64,000 bases of DNA from positions 23,498,001 to 23,562,000 of the forward strand of contig NC_043000.1 of NCBI RefSeq assembly GCF_006345805.1, read 5' to 3'. Both the position numbers and the translations under genes were made by a program. The stretch comes from Octopus sinensis. Taxonomy: Eukaryota. Each line of letters starts with the position of its first letter. The stretch's first letter is position 1. Below, in pieces: positions 1 to 11,720 of this stretch. The notes below the pieces were generated by a model, which was not told the DNA's origin, made no database searches, and was given only the letters and a program-made list of their open reading frames with translations.

Positions 1-98
1 GTACAGTATACCAGCATACAGGTATTACAATGAATGGGCTTATTTGTGGAAACCTTGAGCACAGCTGTTACAGCCTGTATAACAAGTACAACTACATA

Positions 99-134
<36 letters not shown>

Positions 135-209
135 TGGATAATAAAACAAATGGTTTACACCTGGTAGCTTACTGGTAAAGCACGGTCACTTTTCACAGTG
201 ATCGTTATG

Positions 210-444
210 TATATGGCAAATGAAAAACGGAAGATGGAATATACGAGAATTTATTATGAATCACATCAATTGTTATGACACATCTAACGTCGATCCCTCA
301 TGGGTGGGACACTCAACAACTGGTTCAGGAGCATCCGGCGGTGCAGATGTATTTCGTCAGGTGATGCTAGATGTGTCGAAACAATTGTCCTGATTAATAA
401 TAAACTCTTGTATATTCCATATTCTGTCTTTCATTTGCCATATA
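210..444. mobile_element. Palindromic element (about 77-nt imperfect arms 210-286 / 368-444) with a degenerate hammerhead-like motif; Penelope-like remnant
   Basis: tatatggcaaatgaaa...gacacatcta is mirrored by tagatgtgtc...tttcatttgccatata. The right part has tcag-gtgatgc...GAAAC-AATT-GTC-ctga followed by AATAAA at 399-404. Confidence 0.6.
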
Positions 445-552
445 TATATACTTAATCATATCAAAGAGAAATGGAAATTAATAGAAATTTTCACTTCCAG
501 TGGCCTAACGTGTAAAAATTTAGTCCAAAGACTATGTATTAGTCATAAAATA

Positions 553-758
553 CAGTGTACATTTAAACACATAAGTAATCCACTCGTGGGATTCAACACG
601 CTAGAAAGAACAGCTATGTTTCATAACCAGGAAACTAAATGGTAAAATGTTTTTATTTTTTTCCTTTCATTCCTAATTTTGTGGTTATGGAACCTAGCTG
701 TTCTTTCTAGTGTGTTGAATACCACGAGTGGATTCCTTATGTGTTTAAATGTACACTG
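553..758. mobile_element. Tc1/mariner-type MITE (about 80-bp arms, TA TSD)
   Basis: TA|CAGTGTACATTTAAACACATAAG...CTTATGTGTTTAAATGTACACTG|TA; TA at 551-552 and 759-760. Confidence 0.85.
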
Positions 759-1374
759 TATTATATATATATATATACACACACACTATATATATACTTG
801 AAGGTAGTGTCATTTCAAGTGGGAACATTTGTGTAAGGGACACTATGTGTACCTGTATGTCTGTTTGTTTGATGAGCATTTTTTTTTTTTTTGCTTTTAG
901 TGTATGAAAATCAAATGTGTATGTCAGTGTTATAGGTCATGTGTTGTGCATATTTTTGCATGTAGCCTGTGTTTTAGAAGGAAGAAGAGAGATATGAGTA
1001 AAAAGATATCACAAAGGAATATTTGTTTAGTAACCAGTAACATGGAAATATAACTAGAGAATCAACTGGTTCTTCATTTTTTTTGTTTTTGATTTCCCAA
1101 GTCACCCCATTCAACTCCATCAAAATAACACTTCTATCAGGAATTTTGTTCCAAATTAATTTTTTCCATTTTTTTTATATATATATTTTTTTCCCAAGTT
1201 TTTGAACAGTTTTGTTTACAATTTTTTTCAAATATTTTTCACTCTTAAAAAAAAAAAATTAAACTTCATTGTGAAAATTACTGGACATGTTTGTGGCTTT
1301 AATAAAAGGTTCTGTACAGGAATATGAAAGCCAATTTTTTGCTTTTTTTCAAGTTTTTTAAAAGTTTTTTTTAA

Positions 1375-1511
1375 TTATCCTGATTCATGATCCTGACCAA
1401 ATCCTTCCAATATGATCCCCATAGGACTTCGCTTCAGGCCAATATATTCCATCTTGTTTGCCAATTTGTTCTTTATACTTCTCATTCTCAGAGAGGCATG
1501 TAGCAAAATTA
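1375..1511 (-). CDS. ARL6IP5: PRA1-family protein (ARL6IP5/PRAF3-like), last coding exon
   Basis: Minus strand reads ...tttaattttccAG|ta att ttg cta cat gcc tct ctg aga atg aga... = (L)[44 protein letters not shown]; TAA is at 1377-1375. This matches the recalled C-terminus of human ARL6IP5 ([33 protein letters not shown]). The phase (2 nt + 45 codons) joins exon 2 in frame. Not in the ORF track. The ARL6IP5 versus PRAF2 assignment is not resolved. Confidence 0.95.
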
Positions 1512-1882
1512 CTGGAAAATTAAAGAAAGATGAGTTAAATTTCTATTTTAAAAAACATAGGAAAGAGGAAAAAACTGACCAGAAGATTAAAAAAAAAAAA
1601 CATTTCAAACTGCAGTTAAAAATTAGCATTAAATAAAGGGGCTGATCTTAAATGGTAAACACAACGATTAACATTGAATCTCTTGTTACATAGCTGTTGA
1701 CTAAATCCAGGCTTTCTGTAAAACACAAGCAGGAAATCAAACATTATTATAGTTTCACTGTGCTAGCTTATAAAAAAAACAAACAATAGAAGTGCTATGT
1801 TTGAAAATAATCCTTTTTTAGTTTCTTTTAGAATCTGCTCCCATGCTTACATAATGTAAGCATCAATGTATTTCCTCAACAG

Positions 1883-2337
1883 CAGTTGTTCTCAATTGGG
1901 GTCTATATGGCCTTTGGGGGAAGTTGGGTTCCGTGTAAGATTTTGTTGTTTATACTTCTATGATCATGATGATCATCATCATCATTTAACGTCCTTTTTC
2001 CATGCTGGCATGGGTTGGACGGTTTGACTGGGGCCTGGGAAGCCAGGGGGCTGCCCCAGGTCCCAATCTGATCTGGCAATGTTTGTACAGCTGGATGCCC
2101 TTCCTAACACCAACCACTCTGAGAGTGTAGTGGGTGCCTTTTAAGTGCCACCGGCATGAAAACCAGTCAAGGCGGCATTGGTACCGGCCACATTTGGATG
2201 GTGCTTTTTACAGCACTGGCATCGGCCACATTTGGATGGTGCTTTTTATGTGCCACTGGCACGAGGGTCACAACTACAATTTCCAAATACATTTTAAAAT
2301 ACAATTCCTAATAATAATTAATTATAAAAACACAGGG

Positions 2338-2384
<47 letters not shown>

Positions 2385-2467
2385 TGAATGGCTAAGGAGG
2401 CCCAGTAGAGTAAAATAGGAATGAAAGGGATTCCACAGACAAAAAAAAAAAAGGCTAAGAACTGTTA
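1883..2467. mobile_element. Degenerate hAT-type MITE interrupted by a family-C SINE
   Basis: Left end cagttgttctcaa and right end ggctaagaactg; the internal sequence (cattgaatggct...ccagtagagtaaa) matches the element at 16923-17600. Confidence 0.5.
1967..2285 (-). mobile_element. Family C SINE-like retroposon (RTE-type 3' end, (GAT)n tail)
   Basis: (CAT)n-ttaacgtcc-ttttccatgctggcatgggttggac...ctggatgcccttcctaac, a signature repeated many times in the window. Confidence 0.85.
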
Positions 2468-2760
2468 CTTTGCAGCAAGAAGCCTATTCTGTTTTCCTTT
2501 TTTTCATACTGGAAGCTTTCAACAACTGGCATAAAGCTACCTCTTCCTCTTCTGCAGTTACACTTAGTTGAAGGGGATCTTAGTTTTGCAAGCCACATGG
2601 TGACCTCAATAGTGCTGGTGTTATGAAACAGCAGCTGGTACCCTCTGTAAAGTGGTCAGCTTTAGGCAGGGCATCCAGCTACAGACACCATATCAAAACA
2701 ATTGGAGCAGAACATGTCCTCTGACAAATACAGTTCTATATTTAAGAGGTGAGGAATTAT

Positions 2761-2957
2761 GTACAATATTTACAGTTGATGGATATTTGTCCTCATCTTG
2801 TTTGTTGTTAACAGCCTTCATCAGGTGTCTTGGAGAATGAGAACCCAGGTTCGAAATTTCCCCAAGACACCTGAAGAAGGCTGGAGAGTATATCAGCCAA
2901 AATATGTTAGCAACAAACAAGATGAGGACAAATATCTGTCAAATGTAAATAATGTCC
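2761..2957. mobile_element. Palindromic element with hammerhead-like core (CTGAAGA-a-ggctg...cagcc-AAAAT); Penelope-like remnant
   Basis: Arms atatttgtcctcatcttgtttgttg...tcatcaggtgtcttgg and ccaagacacctgaaga...caacaaacaagatgaggacaaatat are reverse complements. Confidence 0.65.
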
Positions 2958-3061
2958 CTGACTTCTCAAGTCCTGTCAAACTGTCTAACCTATACTGGCA
3001 TGAAAGACGGCCATCAAAAGATGATGATGATGATGATATAACTATATGGCCACATGGTCTT

Positions 3062-3560
3062 TTATCTTTTACTTGTTCCAGTCATTAGACTGCATCTATG
3101 CTGGGACAGCACTTTGAAGAATTATTAGTCAATTGAATTGACCTCGGTACATTTATTGAAGTCTGGTACCTGTTTTATTGGCTTCTTTTGTTGAACTGTT
3201 AAGTTATAGGGATGTAAACACATCAATACCGTTTGCCAAGTGATGGTGAGTGACAAACAGAAACAAAGACACACACACACACACACACACATATACAAGA
3301 TGGGCTTCCTTCAGTTTCCATCTACCAAATCCACTCACAAAGCTTTGGTCAGCCTGAGGCTATATTAAAAGTTGAAACACTGCTAGATCAGACTGGGCCT
3401 GGTGCAGCCTCCTGGCTTCTCAGACCCCGGTCGAACCGTCCAACCCATGCTAGCATGGAAGGCGGGTGTTAAACAATGATGATGAACTGCTCAAGGTGCT
3501 ACGCAGTGGGACTGAACCGAGAGCCATGTGGTTGGGAAGCAAGCTTCTTACCATACAGCC
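3062..3560 (-). mobile_element. Family A SINE with a family C 3' fragment (about 3372-3487) nested inside
   Basis: The A sequence breaks at ctgaggctata and resumes at ctcaaggtgctacgcagtgggactgaacc after a C fragment ending in gatgatg. Confidence 0.75.
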
Positions 3561-4249
3561 ACATGAAACAATAAGGATATCACCATCACACTCGAAACTA
3601 GTGTCTACTCACTCCATTTCTGGATCACTTACTGCTGTGTATACAAACCAACGCTACTTCACACTGCTGCCATCTCTGAACTTCTAAACAATTCCACACC
3701 AATAGTCTACCAATTTCGTTAATGATTTCCATATTATCTGCATATTTATTAGATTCCTCCACTGTCTAGGCAATAAAATAAATTAATTTTCACTGACATG
3801 TTTTCTCCTTGTACAGTATCAGTGTGTGTTCAAGTTACACTCTTTGGTTTAAAAACAAAGCAAAACAAAAAGACAAAAAAAACCCCTTTCCTGTCAAGGT
3901 AGTTATTTATATACAATAGTGGCAAGGCTGGTATTACAAAACTATTTTTTTTGCCAAAATTAAGAAGCCACCAGTTTGAATGAAGAAAAAAAAAGTTACC
4001 CTACCCAACCAACCCCACCTTGCCATGCAGAGGTTTAATTTATTCCCTTTCTATTAGAAAGGCAATAAATATTAAAACCATTAAAACAAACTCTTGAATA
4101 AAAACAAAAAAAAACTTAAATAAATAAACAGTCAATAGATGTACTGAGTCTGGCTTCAAATTCATCAGAGAGCATTAAAAAGCAAATAGCTGAGGAAGCA
4201 AATGTCAGCAATGAAACTGCTAGATATGATAATGATAATCCTTTCTACT

Positions 4250-4445
4250 AAAGGCACAAGGCCTGAAATTTGGAGAAGGGGGACTAGTCGATTACATCGA
4301 CCCCAGTACTCAGCTGGTACTTATTTTACTGACCCTCAAAAGGATGAAAGGCAAAGTCGACCTCTGCAGAATTTGAACTCAGAATGTGATGATGGATGAA
4401 ATTTCACTAAGCATTTCGCCCGGTGGTGCTAACGATTAGGCCACC
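4250..4445 (-). mobile_element. Family B variant SINE
   Basis: Contains the B core ggatgaaaggcaaagtcgacct...aatttgaactcagaa with an alternative tail (aatttcaggccttgtgcc). Confidence 0.7.
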
Positions 4446-4741
4446 TTAGCCAGTAGTTTTTGTCAAAAAGGGTAAGTTGATTAAATTGATCCCAATACTT
4501 AATTAACTGGTACTATTTCATTGGCCCCAAAAGGATGGCAGGCAAAGTTGACCTTAGTAGGATTCGAACTCAAAATGTACAGAGCTGGAAGTATTTTTTC
4601 GGATGCTAGCTACCCGAACTCAGAAGGGAGGAGATGACTGTGGACCTTAATAATGGGTGATATACAGTGCTACAGAAGGCCTGCCCAACCATGACAAAAT
4701 ACACCTTGACACAAGGCTTGTGTTTAGAATTCATATATGTA

Positions 4742-5018
4742 GATGCCAGCGCCACCTTGACTGGCTTCCGTACCGGTGGCACGTAAAAAGCACCAACCGA
4801 TCGTGGCTGCTGCCAGCCTCGCCTGGCACCTGTGCCGGTGGCACGTAAAAAGCACCCACTACACTCTCGGAGTGGTTGGCATTAGGAAGGGCATCCAGCT
4901 GTAGAAACTCTGCCAGATCAGACTGGAGCCTGGTGCAGCCTTCTGGCTTCCCAGACCCCGGTCGAACCATCCAACTCATGCTAGCATGGAAAACGGACGT
5001 TAAACGATGATGATGATG
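4742..5018 (+). mobile_element. Family C SINE-like retroposon
   Basis: gttggcattaggaagggcatccagctgtagaaac...gctagcatggaaaacggacgttaaacgatgatgatgatg. Confidence 0.9.
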
Positions 5019-5464
5019 TATGTACATATACACACACAAAGTTGCCAATCTTATCTTGCTTCCCCATCACTCCTTCTCATATACCTATTGCTCCCTTTCC
5101 CTCTTCACAGCTCCTGTCTCCTTATCATTCCGTAGCCCTCCATCTCTCATTTCCCCACCACCTATGCAAACCGCACCACTCACTTTACTTCACTCTGACC
5201 CCACCAAATAAGAGGCTGCAGTGGACCACTCTTACCCTCTTATGCAAATACACTAACTTTACCCTGCTATACTACCAGCCAGCATTCTCTCCACTCTGGG
5301 CCACGTCTATTGCCACCTATCACCTACCCTTATCTTTGCTCACTTCTGCTTTTGCAAATCACTCTTCTACCAAGTCCACCCTCCAAATAATCTTACCTTT
5401 GCCCATCATATCCTTGTTCTTTCCATCCTCTCACCCATTCTGAGATACTCTCTATATTCACAAT

Positions 5465-6290
5465 TTGTATTTGTGGCAGCATTCACCTGAGGTGGGTTGA
5501 GCTGGTTCTGACCAATGAGTTCACCATGTCCCTCACAAACACTGACCACATCTGATGGTCAGCCCTAACGTTCCAGCAGGTAAAATAATGCTTCTGCCTC
5601 TTGCCCAAAAATCCAGCTTGAAAATTTTACAAATGCCCGACTGGGAGACCAAGCACATCTGACAGTGCGGACACCATAGCCGCAGTTGTCATTCGTTGTT
5701 CATATTTGGGGTTTCAGTGGAAATAAAAGTTCATATGTGGTCCCCAGTCACATGCACACACACTTTGGGTTAGTGCGATCCATGGCAGCTCATCTTGCTG
5801 TTGATTGTTTGTTTGTTTGTTGAGCGAAGCGGTCTTCATCCCAGAGTGTAGTGGGAGAAGTCTGAAACATGGTCCTTTGCTATTTGTAAGACCCGCAGAA
5901 GAGAAAGCAGGTCAATCCCCGACACCGAGAGCATCGACGGATGGATGAATGCACATCCAGGCTCAGCGGTTACATAGGAAGTCAGGGACAAGAAACAAGA
6001 AGAAAGAGTGAGAGAAAGTTGGAGCAAAAGAGTACAACAGGGGTTGCCACCCCCACCCCCTGTCGGAGCCTCGTGGAGCTTTAGGTGTTTTCGCTCAATA
6101 AACACACACAACACCCGGTCTGGGAATCGAAATCCTCTGACCGCGAGTCCGCTGCCTTAACCATTGGGCCATTGCGCCTCCACTTGCTGTTGATTGTCAA
6201 CTGTCGCAGACGACCTGCTGACCAAGTCACCACCAATTATTGGAGAAGATGTAGCCTGGGTTTGAAGTGGGTGGTATCCATACTGGTTAA
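5465..6290 (-). mobile_element. Decayed LINE 3' fragment with a (CAAGTA)n-like tail, split by the SINE at 5809-6182
   Basis: The minus strand ends ctcaacccacctcaggtgaatgctgccacaaatacaaat, and the sequence is continuous across the SINE's TSD. The ORF is disrupted and the clade is uncertain (RTE-like by inference). Confidence 0.5.
5809..6182 (-). mobile_element. Family D tRNA-derived SINE, full length, 15-bp TSD
   Basis: tRNA-like head tggaggcgcaatggcccaatggttaaggcagcggactcgcgg...ggatttcgattccc; (ACAA)n tail; TSD cttgctgttgattgt at 5794-5808 and 6183-6197. Confidence 0.9.
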
Positions 6291-7061
6291 CCCATAGCTG
6301 AGACCCTGACAGGTGCCACTACCCTGGGTCTGAGTAGACCTAGGAACAATAGTGGCAAGAGGTGGTTCCACACCCTTAGAAACCCTGGAACTTCCATACC
6401 AAGCTCTAACTACCGGATGCAGTCTTACCCCGGACATTTACTCTCCTACCCTCACCACTCAACCACTAATTTCTGGCCTTTCAGCTGTCATTGCTCCCTT
6501 TCCTATTTCCCTCTTTGGTCTTGGATGAGTACTCTGGTATTAGAGCCATGAGAAAACGTACCCAGTACACTTTGGCAACGAGAAGAACATCCATTTGTAG
6601 AAACCAAGCTGGATAACATATAGGAGCAACGATCTTTAGAGACAGCAACTGCCATTAAAAAATTGTCTTGGATAATAACCCAGCCAATCCATACCACTAT
6701 GGAAAGCTAAAGTAAAATGATGACAACGATGATGATTATTACTGGTATTTCATTTGTTTAAAGTATATTCAAGTAGCCAACAGCATCTTGGTCAAAGCAT
6801 GGGAAAGTTTAAATTCCTTAAACCCAATACACTGACCACTCAACTTGTGTCTACACATACCCACCCTTGCTCAATCACAACTATCTTTATGAGGTGGGAG
6901 TGCTAAGCAGTGATGGGCATAAATGTAATGTCCTTACCAGTTTGAATATGCCAGACACAAATTTCAATTTGTAAACGAGTCATTATCTGTGTTTCCTCAT
7001 GGAGAAAATTTCTCGCTACACACATTTGTCTACAGCAAGGAAATTTCTCCTGTGAACGGCT

Positions 7062-7450
7062 TACTGGTTTCAGTCATTTGACTGCAGCCATGCTGGAGCA
7101 CTGCCTTTAGTTGAACAAATCGACCCCAGAACTTATTCTTTACAAGCCTAGTACTTATTCTATTGGTCTATTTTGCTGAACTGTTAAGTTATGGGGACAT
7201 AAACAAACCAACATCAGTCGTCAGATGATGGTGGGGAGGGGACAGACACAGACACACACACATATATATATAGAGAGAGTAATAAGAAAATGAAGGGGAT
7301 CAATAGGTGGTATTCATCAACTTTTAGGCATATGTCTATTTATTTATTTACTAAAATGACAATTATAACAATATAGATACACGTATAACATATGTTTTAC
7401 ATATATAATATATAAAGATACCAGTAATTATTAAAATATATAACATATAT

Positions 7451-7499
<49 letters not shown>

Positions 7500-7640
7500 G
7501 TGTATATATATGACGGGCTTCTTTCAGTTTCTGTCAACCAAATCCACTCACAAGTCTTTGGTCAGCCTGAGGCTATAGTAGAAGAGACCTGCCCAAGCTG
7601 TCACACAATGAGACAGAACCCGGAACCATGTGGTAGATTA
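7062..7640 (-). mobile_element. Family A SINE with an AT-rich insertion (about 7270-7500) in its central microsatellite
   Basis: The 3' half (7062-7270) and 5' half (7500-7640) match family A. Confidence 0.75.
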
Positions 7641-7747
7641 ATAACATTACCATTATCTTTATCTGGAATTAATTCTAATTCCTTTACACTAAGTAGACAC
7701 TCGCTTCTCTTTCTCTCAACACACATCATCACTCAGATTCTGACCGT

Positions 7748-7976
7748 AACCGTTTAGTATTTAGACTGGCCATATCCAGACCAAATATTCCATCTGCTTT
7801 ATGTTCAAACCAACCAGATCTGGTTTCCCATATCTAACCTACAATGTCATTTTAAAAATAAAGAATCTCAACATTGAAATTCCAAAGCTACAAGATAAAA
7901 AACTTGGTTAATTGTAAACAATGTGAATAAATAAGATTTAGATTTGACAGAGTAATCTGAATGTTCAAAGGTTAAA
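7748..7976. mobile_element. Degenerate piggyBac-type MITE (same family as 57081-57302)
   Basis: taaccgtttagtatttagactggcc...gaatgttcaaaggttaa; the body is homologous to the 57081 copy. Confidence 0.6.
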
Positions 7977-8210
7977 ACAGCTTTGTAAAAAATGTTCGGG
8001 ATGAAACTAAGAAGATATTGGATCAGTAACTGACAGTATTGTAAGTTCAAATCTACTATAATGCCTTGTTGCCTCTGTGGGGCAAAAAAACAAAAAAACA
8101 AAAACAAAAAACAAAGCCGAAAACAAAAACCCTCTTTGCATATATGACTGGTCTGAGAAAGTTATTTAAAGTATACTAGCAACCTATCCAAGAAGATAGG
8201 TTACTAGTAT

Positions 8211-8381
8211 CGTTACGTTCTGGGTTCAAATTCCGCTGAGGTCGACTTTGCCTTTCATCCTTTTTGGGGTTGATAAGTTAAGTACCAGTTATGCACTGGG
8301 GTCAATGTAATCGACTTAATCCGTTTGTCTGTCTTTGTTTGTCCCCTCTGTGTTTAGCCCCTTGTGGGTAGTAAAGAAATA
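8211..8381 (+). mobile_element. Family B SINE (5'-truncated or decayed monomer)
   Basis: gttcaaattccgctgaggtcgactttgcctttcatcc...ccccttgtgggtagtaaagaaat. Confidence 0.85.
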
Positions 8382-8699
8382 TATCTCTGTGGATAAAACC
8401 AAGACACATAATAATACAGACATATATGCAGTGATGCATAGACACACACACGTGTACAGTGATATAGACACACATACACACACATACAGTGATATATACA
8501 CTGACATACATACAGAGATGAATAGAGGCACATATGCAGACAGACTCATATATATTTGTCCTTGTCAGAATCATGTTCTAATATCAGTAATGAGGCGGCA
8601 AGATGTGTGAAATTAGTCTGTAGAGAGAATTTAATGTCAGTATTCTGACTGTGAAAATACCAACAGTTAAGATCAGATCAGGTTTGGTTTTTACAGATA

Positions 8700-8830
8700 A
8701 GAAGTACTGTAAGAGGGAGGGAGGGAGGCAGAGAAAGAGAGAGGGAGGGAGGGAGCAGAGAGAGAAAGGGAGGGAGGCAGAGAGAGAGAGAGAGAAAGAG
8801 GGGAGAGAGAGGATATTATAACAGAGGCAA
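8700..8830. repeat. (GA)n/(GGGA)n purine-rich low-complexity tract
   Basis: Direct inspection. Confidence 0.9.
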
Positions 8831-9424
8831 AGTGAAGGGAAGTAGAAGTATGTTGTAGTGGTAGGAGGTTAAAAGGTGATACAGCAGTAATGGGAGATGA
8901 ACAGAGAGAGGGGGATATAAAACTGCTCTCCCTTACTCCCACTATATGTTACATAACCCCTCCCCCCACCGCAACCAAGTAGCTAGGGAGTTGGAGTAGA
9001 AAAGCTACAGCTCAGTGAGGGAGAGAGAGAGGGATAAAGGTAAAAGGTAAAAATGAAAAAAGAAGTGGTGAGAGAGCATGGCTAGAGAGAATGAGAGATC
9101 AGATAGAGGTGAAAAGTTGAAAAGTAAGAAAAACTTGAATAATTATTATTGGAAAGGACATCCTTATTTTAAGGAAGTGACAGTCAGAAGAGCCATCTTC
9201 GATTTGCCATGTGGTTTCATGTCTTTTTATCTAGGGCCAATTAAGACCCACAAGGGCCCTAAGCACTGAAAAACATTTTGGTGCCCCCATATATATGTAA
9301 TTCAAAGTATAAACAACAATAAACTACACAGTAAGATGGAAAATAATGTTTATTTTTGTATACTTCCACTTTATTAATGTTTGAATGGTTTTCTCCTACA
9401 TTTTTTTTTAATTGCAAAGACTTT

Positions 9425-10150
9425 GATCAGATCCTCATAACAACACCAGGCTCCAGTCTGATCTGGCAGTGTTTCTACAGCTGGATGCCTTCCTAACACC
9501 AACCATTCCAAGAGTGTAGTGGGTGCTTTTTTACGTGCCACTGGTACAGGGCCCAGAGGGGGCTGGCATCGACCACGATCAGATGGTGCTTTTTATGTGC
9601 CACTGGCACAGAAGCCAGTCAAGGCGGTGCTGGCATCAGCCACATTCAGGTGGTGCTTTTTACGTGTCACCAGCAAGGAGATCACAACTACAATTTCCAT
9701 TTCATTATGAGTCCTAGGGCTCAAGATAGACCTAAGTAAAATCTAAGTCTATAGTACATCATCATCATCATCATTTAATGTCCGTTTTCCATGCTGGCAT
9801 GGGTTGGACAGTTCAACTGGGGTCTGGGAAAGCCAGGAGGCTGCACCAGGCCCCAATCTGATCTGGCAGTGTTTGTACAGCTGGATGCCCTTCCTAATGC
9901 CAACCACTCCGAGAGTGTAGTGGGTGCTTTTTACGTGCCACTGGCACAGGGGCCAGAAGAGCTGGCATCAACCACAATCAGATGGTACTTTTTTCGTGAT
10001 CATCATTTAAAGTCACTTTTCCATGCAGGCATGGGTTGGATGGCTTGATACGGGCTGACAAGCTGGAGAGCTGCGCCAGGCCCCATCTGTCTGTTTTGGT
10101 TTCTATGGCTAGATGTCCTTCTTAATGCCAACAACTTCACACAGTGTATT
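9425..10150 (-). mobile_element. Cluster of three family C copies or fragments
   Basis: The ctggatgcccttcctaa signature (or a variant) recurs at about 9481, 9881 and 10107. Confidence 0.8.
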
Positions 10151-10273
10151 GGGTGATTTTGTCCATCCCAACATTCAGAGTTCAAATTCCATTGCGGTCC
10201 TTTGCTTCTCATCCTTTCGAGGTCAATAAAATAAGGACCAGTTGATGTAATCAATTTAACTCCACCCCTAAAA

Positions 10274-10705
10274 CTGCTGTATGGAGTGAGGCATGGTGTT
10301 TGAGGGAGAGAGAGATGGCGATTTTGAGAAGGACTGAGAGAGCAATGGTAAGAGAAATGTGTGGTGTGAAGCTGTTTGATAAGAGGAGAACTGATGGGGA
10401 TGCTGAGGTTGGAGAAATCAGTGGAACGGCTGGCAAGGGTGAATGGAGCGAGGTGGTATGGGCATGTGTTGAGGAGGGATGAGGAGCATGTTCTGAAGAG
10501 GGTGATTGTATTTGAGGTGAATGGACAGTGAAAGCGAGGTAGACTGAGGAAAATGTGGAGGAGACAGGCGGAGGAGGAGATTGGGAGGGTTGGCTTGAGA
10601 AGGGAGGACACCTAAAACTGGGCAAGATGGTGTGAGGGTGGTTGCTATGGCATTGAGGTAGATCTGGCCACCCCTGTTAATGGGGACAAAACCCAGATTT
10701 AAAAC
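10274..10705 (+). mobile_element. RTE-clade LINE, 3' fragment (C-terminal ORF remnant)
   Basis: Frame-shifted translation LLYG-EAWCLREREMAILRRTERAMVREMCGVKLFDKR...LRLEKSVERLARVNGARWYGHVLRRDEEHVLKRVIVFEVNGQ*KRGRLRKMW is the hallmark post-RT region of RTE elements (RW.GHV.R...RGRP..TW). Confidence 0.9.
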
Positions 10706-11359
10706 ACTGGATACATGCATGCACGCACACCATCTTGATCACAATTTCGTTGTTGCTGATCCCAGATCAGCTCTGATCAAGCAGACTGATGGTGGACAGT
10801 ATTCCAGCTGTGACCATCTCATCTTATTTCCAGATAGCTTATCATAGACTACATTGTCTCTGGTTGTTTATTTTATTTTTTTTATGCCAGTAGGGTGTGA
10901 TCTGAAGGAGACTTGGCTGCTATTTTTAGCAACTACAGAGACTTCATCTGGTTTGTAGCTTATTTAGTTCCCCTTGCATAGGATTTTTCTTTTTCTCACG
11001 TATTTCAGTACTTGCATTTTTGCAGGGGTGGTGGGGACACTAATCGTTTTCGCAGATGAATTACCTTCCAACATCAAACCATTTAGCTATACAGAGAGAA
11101 AAGGGAGACCCCCACCCCAACCCAAAGGCTTTTGCTATCCAAATAGTCTGGTGCAAGCAAAAGTTGTAGTACTTTTTGTTTAGTTGGTATGGTTGTAATT
11201 CAAGTGATATTTAGCTGCTGTTTCTAGCAAATCAAGTAACCACATAGAGATGAACTCCTTCACTGGCCCAAGAGATGTCTCTTACTAACAGCCACACACC
11301 TTGACTGCATCAGTAATCCAGTCCTCATCTTTTGAAATAATATAAAGTTTGAAAAAGGC

Positions 11360-11670
11360 ACAGGCGTGCATGGATGTGTGGTGAAGAAGTGCTCTTTCCA
11401 GCCACACAGTCTTGAGTTCAGTCCCACTTTGTGGCATCTTAAGCAAGTGTTTTTTTTACTATAGCCCGGGGAAGACCAAAGCCCTGTGAGTGGATCTGGT
11501 TGACAGAAACTGAGAGAAGTCTGTCGTATAAGTGTGTGTGTGTGCATGCCTGTGCATCTTTATGCATGTCGGTGTGTGTGTGCCAGTGCATGTGTGTGCC
11601 AGTGTATGTGTATGCCAGTGCATGTGTGTGTTTGTGCCAGTGCATGTGTGTGTGTGTGTGTGTGCCAGTG

Positions 11671-11708
<38 letters not shown>

Positions 11709-11720
11709 TGTGCGTGCGTA
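11360..11720 (+). mobile_element. Family A SINE 5' half followed by an expanded compound (TG)n/(CCAGTGCATGTGTGTG)n tract
   Basis: A head at about 11360-11530; the ccagtgcatgtgtg unit is repeated within 11530-11715. Confidence 0.8.

Noticed and set aside
6110-6182. tRNA gene (also at 16190, 32620-32690, 12558)
   Set aside because: A- and B-box-like heads continue directly into SINE bodies with tails and TSDs, and there is no complete acceptor stem; these are tRNA-derived SINE heads.
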